64,000 nt of DNA. It comes from Leptogorgia sarmentosa. Taxonomy: Eukaryota. The position numbers and the translations under genes are program-made. The notes beneath the pieces are model-generated. The model saw only the letters and a list, made by a program, of their open reading frames with translations, had not been told where the DNA came from and made no database searches. The stretch covers positions 4,340,001 to 4,404,000 of the forward strand of contig OZ210885.1 of assembly GCA_964658305.1 (NCBI GenBank), written 5' to 3'. This document shows positions 35,456 to 48,373 of this stretch, piece after piece. Numbering within the stretch: position 1 is the first letter of the stretch; every line of letters starts with the position of its first letter.

Positions 35456-36878
35456 TTATATAACATGTTGCAACTTGCAGCAGGCAGGCTTCTATCTAAG
35501 AGTAACTTGAGTGTTATATAACTCATGATTACGGTGCTGCGAGCCACACATACACTAACAAACACACACGCACACACACCCCCCAAGCAACAGTTGCGTG
35601 CCATGTTGCATGGACAGTCACGTGAAACGAGCGCCGTACACAGGGAAATGTTTTCCCTCAATACCACCATCTTTTCTCCTTTCAAGCTAGCTTCATGGCC
35701 AATTCAACCATTCACCATGAACGAACGAAAAGGTAAACGAACGTTTAAAGTGACCTGCGCCATCCTGCCACACTTGGTAGTATCTTGCAGCAGGCAGGCT
35801 TCCACCATGATGTGATGCTCCTCTGGTACGTGTTCCGAATGCCTTGTCTTGCCTTGCTGAAAACCGGGTACTCCTCATGCGAAGAGAGAGTCGGCCGTGG
35901 CGAACAGTTACCCATCCCCATCATCAATGCACAGAAGGAACTACACAAGTAAATATATAAACTCAATCGTTTGATTGGTTAATTACGATCCAAGATATGA
36001 TTTATCGTGCTTATTAAGACATTTATAATTTTGAATTTTCGACCAGGCTATAATTTAATTTCGCGTGGATTTTTATTCGCGCGACGACTTTAATTTCGCG
36101 ATTTTTTTCCAATTTTTTAAGTCGCGCGAAATTAAGTACGAATATTAAAGGTACTATTATTAAGGTTTTTTAAAACTCTTTTTATATGTTTCTATTCGTG
36201 TCCAATGGTAAGAATATTTTCATTCGGTGAAAGATGGAATGTTCTATTCAACGAGGCAATATTACATGAAACTGATATTAATTCTTACCATTGCGCTCAT
36301 AAACGTTCATTTATATTCGTTTGACTGTGATCAAAACAGCGTTCCCCCACACTTCCATAGTTCGCAAAACATCACTGGGTTCAACAGAATTTATTTCGCA
36401 TAAAGCCCGAATCCACTGGCGACGCTAATATGCCACTGATTTCAAGCACAAAGTGTACGTTGCAGCCATGCCCTCATGAAATGTTCGAGGTTTTTAGGTC
36501 GTGCGCATGGCGCATGTTTGATTCGGAGCCAAATATAGCCGTGAAAAAAAATGTAAAGTGGCCAAAATCTAGTTAACAAAATACTAGGCTGAACCCCCAA
36601 AGGTTTCCTGAACAGGCCTATGAGATATAAACTCCCAGAGATCTCATACCTTGCATTAGCTACTACAAAGCACTCGGGGGGTATTTTCGTGTTTTCTCTG
36701 AGGGTATTTTAGTTCATTTTTAACACCTCATTCATTCGAGGAAAAGGGCGCAAATAGCAAAACTTTTCTCACAAAGCAAAGCAAGGAAAAAAATAAGCCA
36801 AATTCAAGTTATTTGTATGTAGTACATTTACTCGCGCAACAACGTTGTTATTATTATTATTTTAGATACAGCATTCGA

Positions 36879-37583
36879 ATGGAAGTGTCCTTCCCAGAAC
36901 ACCGCATTGGCGATGGGGATGGTATATCTGGTGTTACCATCATGTCACTGGCCGACAATTGGACCGATGACCACGATGTCTTGATAGCCGACCAATCTCT
37001 GTCTTCTTTGCTCTGGGGCTACATCGAGGCAAAGCTTGGCAGGCGGCAAGACCTTCCTGGAACGCGTCGAAGATGCCGACTGCTGGCATATGACACCCAG
37101 GAGGTAAGTTAATCGTTACTGCACGTCAAATTAGCGAGAAAAAACATAGGTTTTTCCTTTCTCTAATGAATACTAATTCTTCTCATTGTAAAAAAATCTC
37201 AGGTCTGTGCCAACCCTGCATGCCATCAACACTTTGCCGAGCAAGGAAGGCAGTGGTTGGAAGCCAGAATGGCACGGTTGAGGACCGACCCTCAAGCCCT
37301 TCTCATAATGGATGTGTACGATGTGGACCAATATGGACGTCTGCTGGCGGACGTCTGTGGTGTTCGTGTGGGCACCAACCAAAATATCTTGGCCCCGTGG
37401 CAATTGGCTGAAGAATGCGTCGGTGCTGGCTGGGCCTTCACAACACCACTCCACATCCTACCCGATCGTGTGGCGCGTGCATTGGACCAAGCGAAGAACA
37501 ACATGGCGGGAGGGTGGGGCCTTGAAACACCTGAGCGCCCCTTCCAACCGCATCTTTGTCGCCGACTTTGCACGTCGATGTGA
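36879..37583 (+). CDS. Stand-alone staphylococcal nuclease (thermonuclease/SNase) family protein, at least 201 aa; exons 36879-37103 and 37203-37583
   Basis: A phase-0 GTAAGT...CAG intron (37104-37202) joins RIGDGDG...RCRLLAYDTQE to HQHFAEQGRQWL...DVDQYGRLLADV...LAEECVGAGWA...ALDQAKNNMAGGWG..P..P. This is the full ordered SNase motif set. Confidence 0.82.
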
Positions 37584-37769
37584 CTCCTTGCATTGCATCC
37601 ATATATGGATGTGTTGAAGTGAAACAATGACAAATGTTAAACACATGACCAAACGGCTTGCACGCTATTATTTTACTGCAGCATTTTTTCATGCAGTAGA
37701 TCAAGGAAGTCAAAAGAAAGAAGCAATAGTTCAAACCAAGTTTCAAGCGCCACGCTCATTTCCGACTAA

Positions 37770-37982
37770 AGGCCGTTTTCCATTGCAGCCGCTTTGCCCG
37801 CGTGGGCGGAGCGAACATGTTTCAACTTTTTCTATAGGTGTCTAATCCGAGCTTTTTCTGTCTATTTTTGTGCGCGCGGACACGCCTAGCTTTCCAGGCG
37901 TGCCAGCGCGACTGATTTTTTAAAATAATTCACTCCCGACGTCCGCCTGTGCAGGCAAAGCAACTGTAATGGAAAACGGCCT
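37770..37982. mobile_element. Harbinger-like MITE
   Basis: Imperfect TIRs of about 40 bp, AGGCCGTTTTCCATTGCAG / CTGTAATGGAAAACGGCCT. The TSD is not conserved (TAA/TTT). Confidence 0.65.
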
Positions 37983-40820
37983 TTTGCTCGAATCGTTGAA
38001 TCTGTTTGTATCGTTTAGTATAGAATTGTTCTGGTTATCGTGATCTTGTTTCCTCAACCCACACGCGCCCCATATTGACGTGCTATACCCATGAAATTTA
38101 CCATTAATGTAAATATGTATAATTGACATTTGTAAATGAACTGTATATATTATATCATTACTTTTAATATTAAATATTTTAAGAATAGTTACAGACTTAT
38201 GCCAACGTACATATTTGTTGGACTGGTCGGTCAATTAGTGCTTTGCAAACCATTATCAATGGATCAACATTACTCTGTTGTAACTGTCATAAAACATGCG
38301 ACAAAGTACAAACTCTCTATTGTGAAGGAGAGATTAATGCGGCATTTGTGCCAGTGCGTGATAATGCAATTATATAACAGCGGATATAATGGGGTCTCAA
38401 TAAACCATCTACAAATGTGTTTCCATAAAACACGCACATCTCAAAGAAAATGCGAATTTTTCACTAAATGCCAGCACCATGAATAAAGATGAGCGCAACA
38501 AAACTCAGTTGCTGAACTCTTGTATAGTGTGCATACAATCTGATTCTTGCATGCCTTAAGTGACGACAAGGGCTGGCACGAAACATTCCACAGACGTATA
38601 ATAATGAGATGCCCACGTAGCAAAAATGGCTCCATGTGATTGGTTAAAAACGGAAATCAGTTCTTGCCGAAGAAATGCAATTGATCATGGCATGAAACCT
38701 TTTCTAAAGTATAGTAAGTGATTAACTGACTATGACTCTAATTGGTCGGATTGGAAACTGCAGTTTCGCCTACTGTGATTGTCATTGCGCGAAAACTGAA
38801 AAAGGTTTCCATGTTTTTTACTTCCGCAAAACGACCGGCAATTGCATGCTGCACTGATTTTCACATCCGTCAGGATTCATGGGTTCAAAAAGGTCTTTGT
38901 GAAAGGAAGAAAAATGTTAGTAACATTCGAATTAACTATCATTATCCAAACATAACCTTAATTGTCAAAGAGCTCATTTCTTCAAATGTAACAAAATAGG
39001 AATTCTCTATCTTGTTCAATGAGATGTGGCGATGTTCCATCGGTCGTCATTTCTAATGAGATCTTTGGGTACATTTAGCTTGGATAATGCTTGAAAGAAT
39101 ACTCTCGAAACCCACTGGATTAAAATTTTTTCTTGATCTCATGGCATCGCTAACCAATCTGTTATGTTACAATTTGGAATATTCTCCCCTTCAATTTTCA
39201 CTTGCCCTGTTTCACTTGTTACTTGCCACACCATGTTAACATTCGCCCCTTCATGTTGTTCAGTCAAATATTTGATAAAAAATGATAAGGTTTTTATGTC
39301 AATTTCTACATTGTTCTTCCGCAGAACGGTTTAGAGACTTTGAAATTAAATAAACTGAAAAAAGTAGTTCAGAACGATTTAGATATTTGCACTATATTAT
39401 AATAAGTAACAACTATATAGCATTAGTAAGTAGGAATTTTAGAAAATGCAACTGTGGTCAAAGTTGAAGAAAAAAAGACAGAAGAAAGGATGTGACAGAA
39501 TAATGTATTTGCATAATTAGCATAATGTATTTGTATATAAAGGCTGCATGTGAGAAGTGTGAACACAGATGTACAGAGAAGTTCAATGAATAAACACTTG
39601 AAATTATAACACTTTGAATAACTAATTTGTCTAAATAACTACATAAATTAAACGCTAACTGCTACATGCATAAATTCACGTCTGCAAATTAAACGCTATA
39701 CGTACCATATAATCTGCTGACGTTTTTGTAAACTTCCAAGTGCATGTGTGTTTGGCATCCTGATCCTTTTGCCCAACTTTATATAATTTTTTTATAAAAA
39801 ATTTCAGGGCACCCTGCAATAGAAAAAGAGAAATTCCATTGGAAAAATAAAAAGAAAAGGGGCCGAAGCCTAAGGACAATCCAGCGTGGTGGAGGTGTCT
39901 GCCTCACAGCATATGGCCTCGCTCAACACACAAAACATCAGTTGAGCGAGGATGAAAATGGCGATGCTTTCGCCTGGTAACAAGATCCATTGATCTTAAT
40001 TACTAGGTTTGAAAAAACCCCAAACCAGGTAAACCACAAAGGAAGAGAACCCCCTTTGCCGCACACACCGACGTTTATATACATTTCTGCAATATCAGTG
40101 ACATGGATGGTAAGAATATTTGATATTTTCTAATCATGTAACTTGCTTTTTTCACCTCTGCATCATGTGAACATAATAATTCAAACTAGCCAATGCAAAG
40201 TTGTAAAAGAGGACTTTAGACTGTTTGGTTTGAACGTTCTTAGAAAACGCTGAAGAAAAGCGATGAGTTAGCTTCACTTGGTGCCGATTTAATTTAGGTT
40301 CAGATGCAAGTATTGAACATGGGAATAGTGTACTTATATTAAATACATAAAAATATTAAATAAAGAATGCGTGCATGTTCATTGCTCGACGTTTATTTTC
40401 ACTAAATGGCGGCAATGTAAGGGCAATTATTTAATTTAATTTAATTAGATTCAGCCACTATATGTACAAAGTACAACAATACAGAGCCAAGAAATTTGCC
40501 ACAGTTTCCCCAATTACGGCGATTCCTTTGAACATAGTTACAAGGTTACAAAGTTACAAAAATCAAACATACAACACAAATTAACAACTAATAAAGATAC
40601 GACAAATTAACAACACAGCTAACAAGATCTGACTAAGGGACCTGCCCTTTTTACACTTTACACACAGATTTCCATGTGTGTGGATCATCCAAGTCAAATG
40701 TACTGGCAAGTACATTCATTTGAACATATATTGCTGTAGGGCCATAGGCTTTGGGTGTTTTTAGGCCTAAGGTAAAACTTCACAATAGCAACCAAAGCAT
40801 TGGGTATTTGTATACAGCTG

Positions 40821-41059
40821 GGGCCGGTTGTATCAAAGGGGTTCAGCTTAAACGGTGGATAAGCAAGATTTTAAAAACATTCCTATTCATGTTGTAAATA
40901 ATTGAACTTAAATTTTATCAACTAAATGTGTACTTCTATACATGGTTGTTGTGTTTACACAGAAAAGTTTAGTTTGCTTGTAGTCTGCAGTCCATAATTT
41001 CGTTTGATATTTTTTACTTATTCACCGTTTAAGCTAAATGCCTTTGATACAACCGGCCT
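40821..41059. mobile_element. Harbinger-like MITE with CTG TSD
   Basis: TIRs GGGCCGGTTGTATCAAAGG..AGCTTAAACGGTGGATAAG / CTTATTCACCGTTTAAGCT..CCTTTGATACAACCGGCCT, flanked by CTG on both sides. Confidence 0.8.
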
Positions 41060-44000
41060 CTGACTGCCTATTCCAAAATTATTCCATAAAATATTACTTG
41101 TTTACAAATGTGAACAGTATTTATTATACATATTTATTATACGACAATGACATCCTTTTACCATATAACAAAGCAATAAAAGCCAAAATGGCCGACGCGA
41201 ACTGCCCAACAATTTCGCGAAATATAAGTTATCTAATCTAATAAATGTTAAATTATCAGAAATACAGTTGTGTGTCGCATAATAAATGCCTTATTGAATG
41301 GTTGGACATGCAATACGGCCTTGTACTTACGAGCTTCGATGAATCGTAAGTATTTGTAAGTAAAAGACCTGCGAAACTACCCCCACCCACGACCATACCA
41401 ACACCTCCATCACCCAACCCCAGAAAACTTCCAAAACTCACTACGATCATTCCATGTAAAATCAGCTCGAAGAAAAGCTTGATATAATACAATAAATTAA
41501 TAGCCAAGTATAATAATAATAGCCAAAAACGAACTGGGTGTAAAAACTCAAAAGGAAATCCGCATGTTAAAATTTCGCATGTTCGACACTATTTTGTTGA
41601 ATCACTGACTTCTGACCTTCAATTTATGATAAAATGAAATGGAAGACAAGTACTCGTAATAATAGAAATTCAGTCTATTCCCAATATTATGTCAACGTTA
41701 AATTTACTTTTGTTCGCCTACATATGTAGTTTACTTCTATTGCTGGAGAATTGATGAATCCCTGAGTCGCCACTAATCATGTAAACAATCTAGACAAGTA
41801 ACCCATGCTTACTGAAGCTGTTGACAAATTTATATCAGTATCATGCATCATATTGTCTCTTCAGTCGATTAAAATAGACTACAAGGCAAAAGCGAGAAAC
41901 TGGCTGAGTTTTATTGTAGTAAATTATTTTTTTACATTGGGAGTACATGAATGGCAATATTTCCATAACTGCTACGGAGCTTCGCACATCAGGAGAATTT
42001 AGGACGCGCCCCCCGGAGTTTAAAAGTGGAATTGCTGATCTTTTGGAAAAGTGGAAAGGTAAGAGAAAAAAATAGTGAAGAAAAGGACCCCTCTGGTAAA
42101 CATGCAAAAAAGCTTAATTGGATACTTTATTTATATCATACAATTTGTTAGTGAGTGATAATATGGTAAATGGTAGTCATTCTTTGGTAAATGGTAGTCA
42201 TTCTTTGGTAATCACAGTTGAGAATGAATTGTACTGAAATGCAGAGGATCCAGCTCTGATCAACTGGAAGACTTTCGATAGGCGCCTTCACGTCTCATCT
42301 GTACATAGTGATTATCAACATCCATATTTCATGTCAAAGGAAAACCTGTCTGTAAAAGGGCTTGCCTTCTCATTCACAAGAGAAACTCCAAAAGGTTTGA
42401 TCGAATTTATCAGGACTTCAAAACACTGGCTCACAATTTTACATACATAGTAACTCTGGATTAAAGCGACCAGCTACAAAGACATCAGAATGCATAGCAT
42501 GGCTTAATTTTCGTGTTTATGCTGTTGGCAATCACCGACTTAACACAGCTAAGATCTATTTACTATCTTGCTTCATGACATGACGTTTTGTGGTATAACA
42601 AAATTTGTGACGAGTTGGGGTTAGATGAGTATGTTATAAAGAATTTCGATATGTCTCGATTCCAAAGGTTTCTGACATACAGATAACATAGGCTTAATAA
42701 TAGGTAGCCCGATAATTACAAAATAATGACCTGTCAACCTGCTGGATCTTCAGTATATCATACTGAATTTCCGATTGAGGCTCACATCTCGTGCAGGCAC
42801 AATGAAAAATTCTCAAAATCACATTCTTAAGGTTAACCCGATCGAATAACAGGCAACATGTGCTTACAATCGGGAATAGTTTTTAGCTTTTAAAGTTAAA
42901 TTTTTGATAGAGTGGCAATAAATATTGTCAAATTCGTTTTTTAAAAAGCAAGTCTATTTATATCCTTGGAATCAGAAGAACAAATGTCACTGCGAAATTT
43001 TGAAATATAATTTCGTTTGACCGAAGACGAGGTTAAAACGAAAATGGCACCAGACAAAACCTTCGAAAGATACAAAATCAATAGCTTCAAACCATCACTT
43101 AAAAAACGAGTTCCTTATTAAGAGATCGACTTTAATATTTAGAAACCCAGCTCAAACCAAGTCAAATCAAACCAAAGATAAAATGTATGCCCATCTCTAA
43201 TACAGATTTTATATTACTAACTGAAACATGGAATCATAAATATTAATATACCTGGATTTGAGACTATTCACTCTGGACTCTAGCAAAATCACTATTAAAA
43301 TATATTTGCAAGAAATGCACAGTTTATGACAGTGTGATGAAGATACTCGAGTTCCTCCATGGTCTGACAAACTGGTCGGATTTTGTCTCCAGCATGAAGG
43401 AAATAGGAAGGAAGAAAAGTCCACTACTGCCAAAGTTCGTAAAGCCGCTTCATGAGCGTGGTACACTCAGATTTGGAATGTTGAGAAAAGGCGCTAAACA
43501 ATTTTTTTTACATATACGAAACCCGGGTAACATGATCATCTTTTACTGTAGTGTACGATGTGATGTGCCAAAAGAGTTCTGAAGAATGGGTGGGAGCCGG
43601 TTAGTGTCACTGGAGATAGAATTGTTTTTTCCACTTGATCTCCAATGTTACCGACTGGTGTTGAAGACTACCATCTTTTGTACAAACTCGCCCTTATGCA
43701 TCATGGCTATTTGCACGAGAGCAGTGGTACAGAAAGAATGTTCTGGTATGTTGATAAAGTGTCTTACTACAACACAGTATCTGTGATTCAATAAAATGTT
43801 GAACTGAGGATTTTAAGCATAAAACAATGCATCAGTCACCAAAAAGATAGTCTAAATGGCAGTATCGGCAAACATATTTATAATCCTGAAAATATAGAAA
43901 GAACATGCTGAAAAGAATAACGTTAAAGGGTATTGGCACTAAAAATTTTTATTGGCTATTTCAAACGTGTTGTACTATCTAACAATGAATCTGGTAATAA

Positions 44001-44216
44001 TTCCTCACGAAATCTTTTAGTTTGCAAGATATATGCGTTTAATTGTGCCCCAAATACGAAAATCGTCCGCCATTTTAGAAAAATTATCTTTTTGGTAATA
44101 TGACCTGTTTGACGTCATTAGTAGGGTAAGTTCAAAACAACAGTATATAAATTTTATAGTTCATATTTGCGTCGGACAGCTTTTCTTAAGTAATTATTGC
44201 CTTTTTGATTATAATA

Positions 44217-44823
44217 ATGGAAAATATTCATGAGAACCAAATAGGCGAAGTATTACCGTACCAATTTGAGCCAGAAGCGGGAGCAAATGCGAGTAATTTT
44301 AGCGCTGAAAGTGGTTCGGACGAAGGCAGCGAGTTGTCTTCCTCAGATGAGGAAGTTGACGAAGAGTTCGAAATAGAGAATGCTTGGCGCCGCGAATCTC
44401 TGAGTTGGTGCAACTGTGGACATTGTGCATTATCAACAAAAACTATCGAATGTTTCTGTTGTCACGAGAAGGCTCTACAGTACGACGAGTATGATGCTCT
44501 GCTCAAGGAATCTGAGTCGGAAGGCAACGTATGTTTGACCGCACATGAGGAATTCAAGGACAATATGCTTTCCGCAAACGTTTTAAAAATTGATGTTTCT
44601 CGGTACCTTGAGGAGAACTGGCCAATTGACGACAAAGACCTCGAGAAACTGCACAAACTGTATCGGCTGGTGGCATACCAACAGTGTTCTCGTTGGGTCT
44701 TTCAAATTTTGGGAAAAAAGAAACGACGACCCTTCCCAGCTTCCCGGCTATACGGGAGAAATTCGCATCACCTGATGGACTATACACGCATTTCAAATAC
44801 GCCAAAATAAAGGCTAAACGGTA
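44217..44823 (+). pseudogene. KolX accessory protein (P2X7 C-terminal-like Cys-rich domain)
   Basis: PYQFEP, WCNCGHC, ECFCC, CLTAH, RLVAYQ..W...LGKKKR.PFPA, with an apparent frameshift near 44745. Confidence 0.75.
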
Positions 44824-44885
44824 ATAATTAATGTTTTTAATACCTTTACATTGTAAATATACAGTCTATATACACACGTCAGACA

Positions 44886-47656
44886 TCACTCACGATTTTT
44901 ACATTTTTCTATGCTGCATTTACATTTGCTGTCACATATCACATCTGCTGCTCTACAATCACATTTCCTTGTTGCACATTTTCCTTTACAAACACAATGC
45001 TTTTGTCCTGATCCTCTTTCATTACTTACAGGTAAAGCTGGTGTACTAAATCTGGACCTTATATTGGCCACCACAGATTCCTTGGTTGGTCTCTCCTTTC
45101 CTTCCAGGTACTGTTCCACCAGTGATCTTGGCTCAGTTGGCAGCACACTTTTGGTATAGACCATGGCTTTTTCTATTGTGTTGTGCTGATTTCTTAGCTT
45201 CACCACGTCATTCAAAATCAACTGTACATATGCTATGTGGTCAAATTTCAAGAAATTTCTATTAATTATCAATTTATGAACAATGTATTATTGAAAGAGA
45301 ACCTCTATATTATGCATTTGTAGATTATTATGACATTAGTCAAAATAAAATTTATACTGTACCATAAGTGGGTTTTTCCTTCAGTGGTTTTGCAACAATT
45401 TTTTCTCCTTTGAAAGCTTTGGGAAAAGAAATTGCCCAGCGAAGCTGACCATCAGCAGTTGTTGCTTGCTTCCTATTACTGTTTTCATTATAGTGCAAAT
45501 TTGAACAGTACAATCTATTAAAACAAGGAAGCATGTATTTAGTGTTAAACTACTGATTGGGGCCATTTGTGCAACAATATAACAGGTGAAATATATTAGG
45601 TTATCATTGTGAACCAGGTGTAAATATTATATTTACCTTGCACTTAATGAGTGGTAGGAATGGTATGTGTTCTTGGAAGCAAGTACATTATCCAGTGAAT
45701 GTTTGGCCTCTAAACCAGATGTCTGATGGTACTGTGATAGCTTGCGAATTGCAGAAATCAGACGAGGTCTTGTTAACATTTCTTTTAACATTTTATGGGC
45801 AGCAGATCCTGTAATATAATAGTTAAAATGCATTATAACTATAATGCTATATCGTTAATTCTAGTCTCTGGAATATTACACCACATGTCACTTGTTCATA
45901 CATGTTATCTTTTCTAACCTTTTTTAATCCATTCTCTTTCAAGTTCACCATGAAGGCATTTAACAAATATTTTGTTGCCATCATGTTGGTGAATATTCAC
46001 AATGTGATTGAGAATGCTGCGCCACTTTTCCTCTTTCTCATCTGCAGTTTTACTGGAATCACCAACCCAGTAAATGTGGTTAACAATTGACTGTCAAGTA
46101 GTAGACAGTATCAATCCTCCAAGTCAATCAAGAAGTAGATTGTAATAGACTTCTGAGCAAAACCCCTTGCTGACTTCGACTGTCTTTATTTAAACTTACC
46201 CCAATCCATGGTTGAATTGAACGAAACTTCGTTTTCTTCGCTACCTTCTGCAACTTCTTCTTTTCACCTTCAAAGGTAAATGATGAAATTACTACATCTG
46301 GAAACAGCTTAGTTTTTCTTTTAGAATTACACGCAGGTCCGTTATTTCTGAGTCTAAAGTAGGATCAACATATGATAGATATAATGATAAGTTATTTACC
46401 TTTTGCCACATGCCAGACATCAAACGCGTGCTCAACATCTGGTTTTTCATTCGCCATGTATGAAGAGACCTGAACATGACGATCAGTCACCAACTTCGTC
46501 ACCTGAACTTCATTGTCCTCCAGGAATTTCAATTGTCGCTTTAAAGACTCAAGCTCCATTGCATTTGAATTTTTTACCTCAGTTGACTGAAAACAATTCA
46601 TAAAAAGTTTAAGAAAATTGGCAATTTGTGTTGTCTATTTATATTTACCTACTAATATTTACCTTTATAACTTGTGTATCTAAAATTACATTGCGTCCCA
46701 TGTCTAGGGTACTTCCAGAACCAAAAAGACCGCTATGACCAGGGCTGTCAACACGCACATCAGATGCTACCACAACTGATTTTCCTACAACTTCTTTTAT
46801 TAGTTCAGATTGTTCTCTGTGCCAAGTATTATACACGGCAGGAATAACATAATTCTTTAAAATTTTTGATAGCTCGCGTTGCTGCAGATTAGGTATTTTC
46901 AGGGCATCAAAAAACCGTAAAACCTTTGCTGATTCCATTCCTGTGGCGAGTATTCCAGTTGCGAAGAGCAAACTGTTGACCAAACAAAATGATGCTTGCT
47001 TTCACCACTTTCACATGAGGCAGAGATTTTGCATGATGACCCAATTCGACTTTCCATCGTTACAATACATTTCGAGCCACAATGCCTGCATTTCTCGAAA
47101 GCTCTTAATATGGCTTCTTCAAAAACTACGATCTTCACTTGATCTTGTGGAGTCTTTCCTTTTTGAAGAATCCAACGTTCGTGATCAGAGTAAATATAAT
47201 GTACGTTTTTCAAAAGATTTTTTGAAAAATAAAAATATAGGAATCGATGATGTCTTGTGACTTTGAAAGAATTAACGTATTCGCTATTACCTTCTTTCGT
47301 GCCCTTCTTTGAGAGGAGCTCCTTGCTTTATTACAGGTTGTGCCAGGATCATGTAGTGGTTTTTTCAACGTTGGCAATGCGTCTCTTTTCAATTGAACTC
47401 GAAACGTTTCATTACATTGCAGGCGCTCGAGAAACTCTGGCGAGTGTCCTGGTTCGTAGTCGTTTTCCGCAAAATGAAGCGAACATATTTTCGTGCACGC
47501 TGATGGTTTGAAGGCTTTACGCTTGCAGAATTCAATCCACGCTCTTCTTCTACACTGTTGGTCTGCCGATTTTCCGCTCGGAAATGCAAAAAAATGGACT
47601 CCAGCTGTATTTTTCTGATTGTCACTATTGCAACCGTATACCGGACAGTATGCCAT
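44886..47656 (-). pseudogene. Kolobok THAP-DDE transposase, multi-exon, with at least one frameshift
   Basis: THAP (CPVYGC..FFAFP..W..CSLHF..ALPTL), then DVRVDSPGHSG, SNAMELE, VTDRH, FDVWH, NHIYW, QTSGLEAKHS, LHYNEN and a C-terminal CxC cluster. Frame break near 46980. Confidence 0.85.
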
Positions 47657-47769
47657 GCTTACAATTTAGCTCTAACATTATTTTGCGCTCATATTTATAC
47701 TCAATAGGATAGGAACAAAATCAACAAATATTTCTCTGACAACGTCATTCACTGGCCATAGAACAATCT

Positions 47770-48373
47770 TTTCCTTGGTCATGCTAAGTGTTTTTTTCCT
47801 ATTCCTGTTTTTGTAGTTACGCACTTTATGCTAATCATTCCTATTACTTGCTCCGTGGTTGCGCACCCACGTAATTTTTAATTCTACAAGTTCCAGACCA
47901 AGTATATTAAAATATACGCAACTTGCGCTTCTGTGCCCGATAGCTAATGTATTTGTCTCGACTCTTGTATATATAAAAGAATGCATGATATCGAATATAT
48001 ACACTTTATTATTTTGTAATACTGTCGTTAAAATATTACGAGGCCGTAGTGCTACAACTTCACATGATTACTTGATATCAACATTCCTTCCCTTGGTCAT
48101 GATAAGTGTTTTTTTCCGATTTTTGTTTTTGTGATTCTTAGACGCGCTATATCGCAATTACACACTCTATGCTAATCTTTCCTATTTAGTTTCTTTGTGG
48201 TTGCGCACCAATGTTCTTCTCAATTCTACAATAATATGCGTGTCTGTGTGTATTTTGAAAGCTGATAGCCGATGTGTTTGTCTCGACTCTCGCATGAAGG
48301 AAAGCAAGAAATCGAATATTATACCCGTTTACTCATGGCACTGTCGTTAAAATATTAGCAGTCTGTAGTACTA
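47770..48373 (+). repeat. Diverged tandem pair of about 290 bp upstream of the Kolobok transposase
   Basis: CCTTGGTCATG.TAAGTGTTTTTT...ACTGTCGTTAAAATATTA occurs at 47770-48054 and 48089-48373. Confidence 0.75.

Larger units (their letters stand above)
29329..36924 (+). repeat. Tandem duplication of a 3,798-bp unit (29329-33126 and 33127-36924)
   Basis: All ORFs recur at a constant offset of 3798. Only three substitutions were seen by eye. The junction is at 33126/33127. Confidence 0.97.

Noticed and set aside
36879..37583. Bacterial contamination or an SND1 fragment
   Set aside because: A canonical spliceosomal intron and eukaryotic repeat flanks argue against contamination. No further SN or Tudor domains are nearby.
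42240..43800. Coding-like stretches
   Set aside because: They are short, interrupted by stops and have no recognisable motif.
44205..44810. P2X7 receptor gene
   Set aside because: There is no channel or TM region. Only the Cys-rich domain is present, convergent with a Kolobok transposase.
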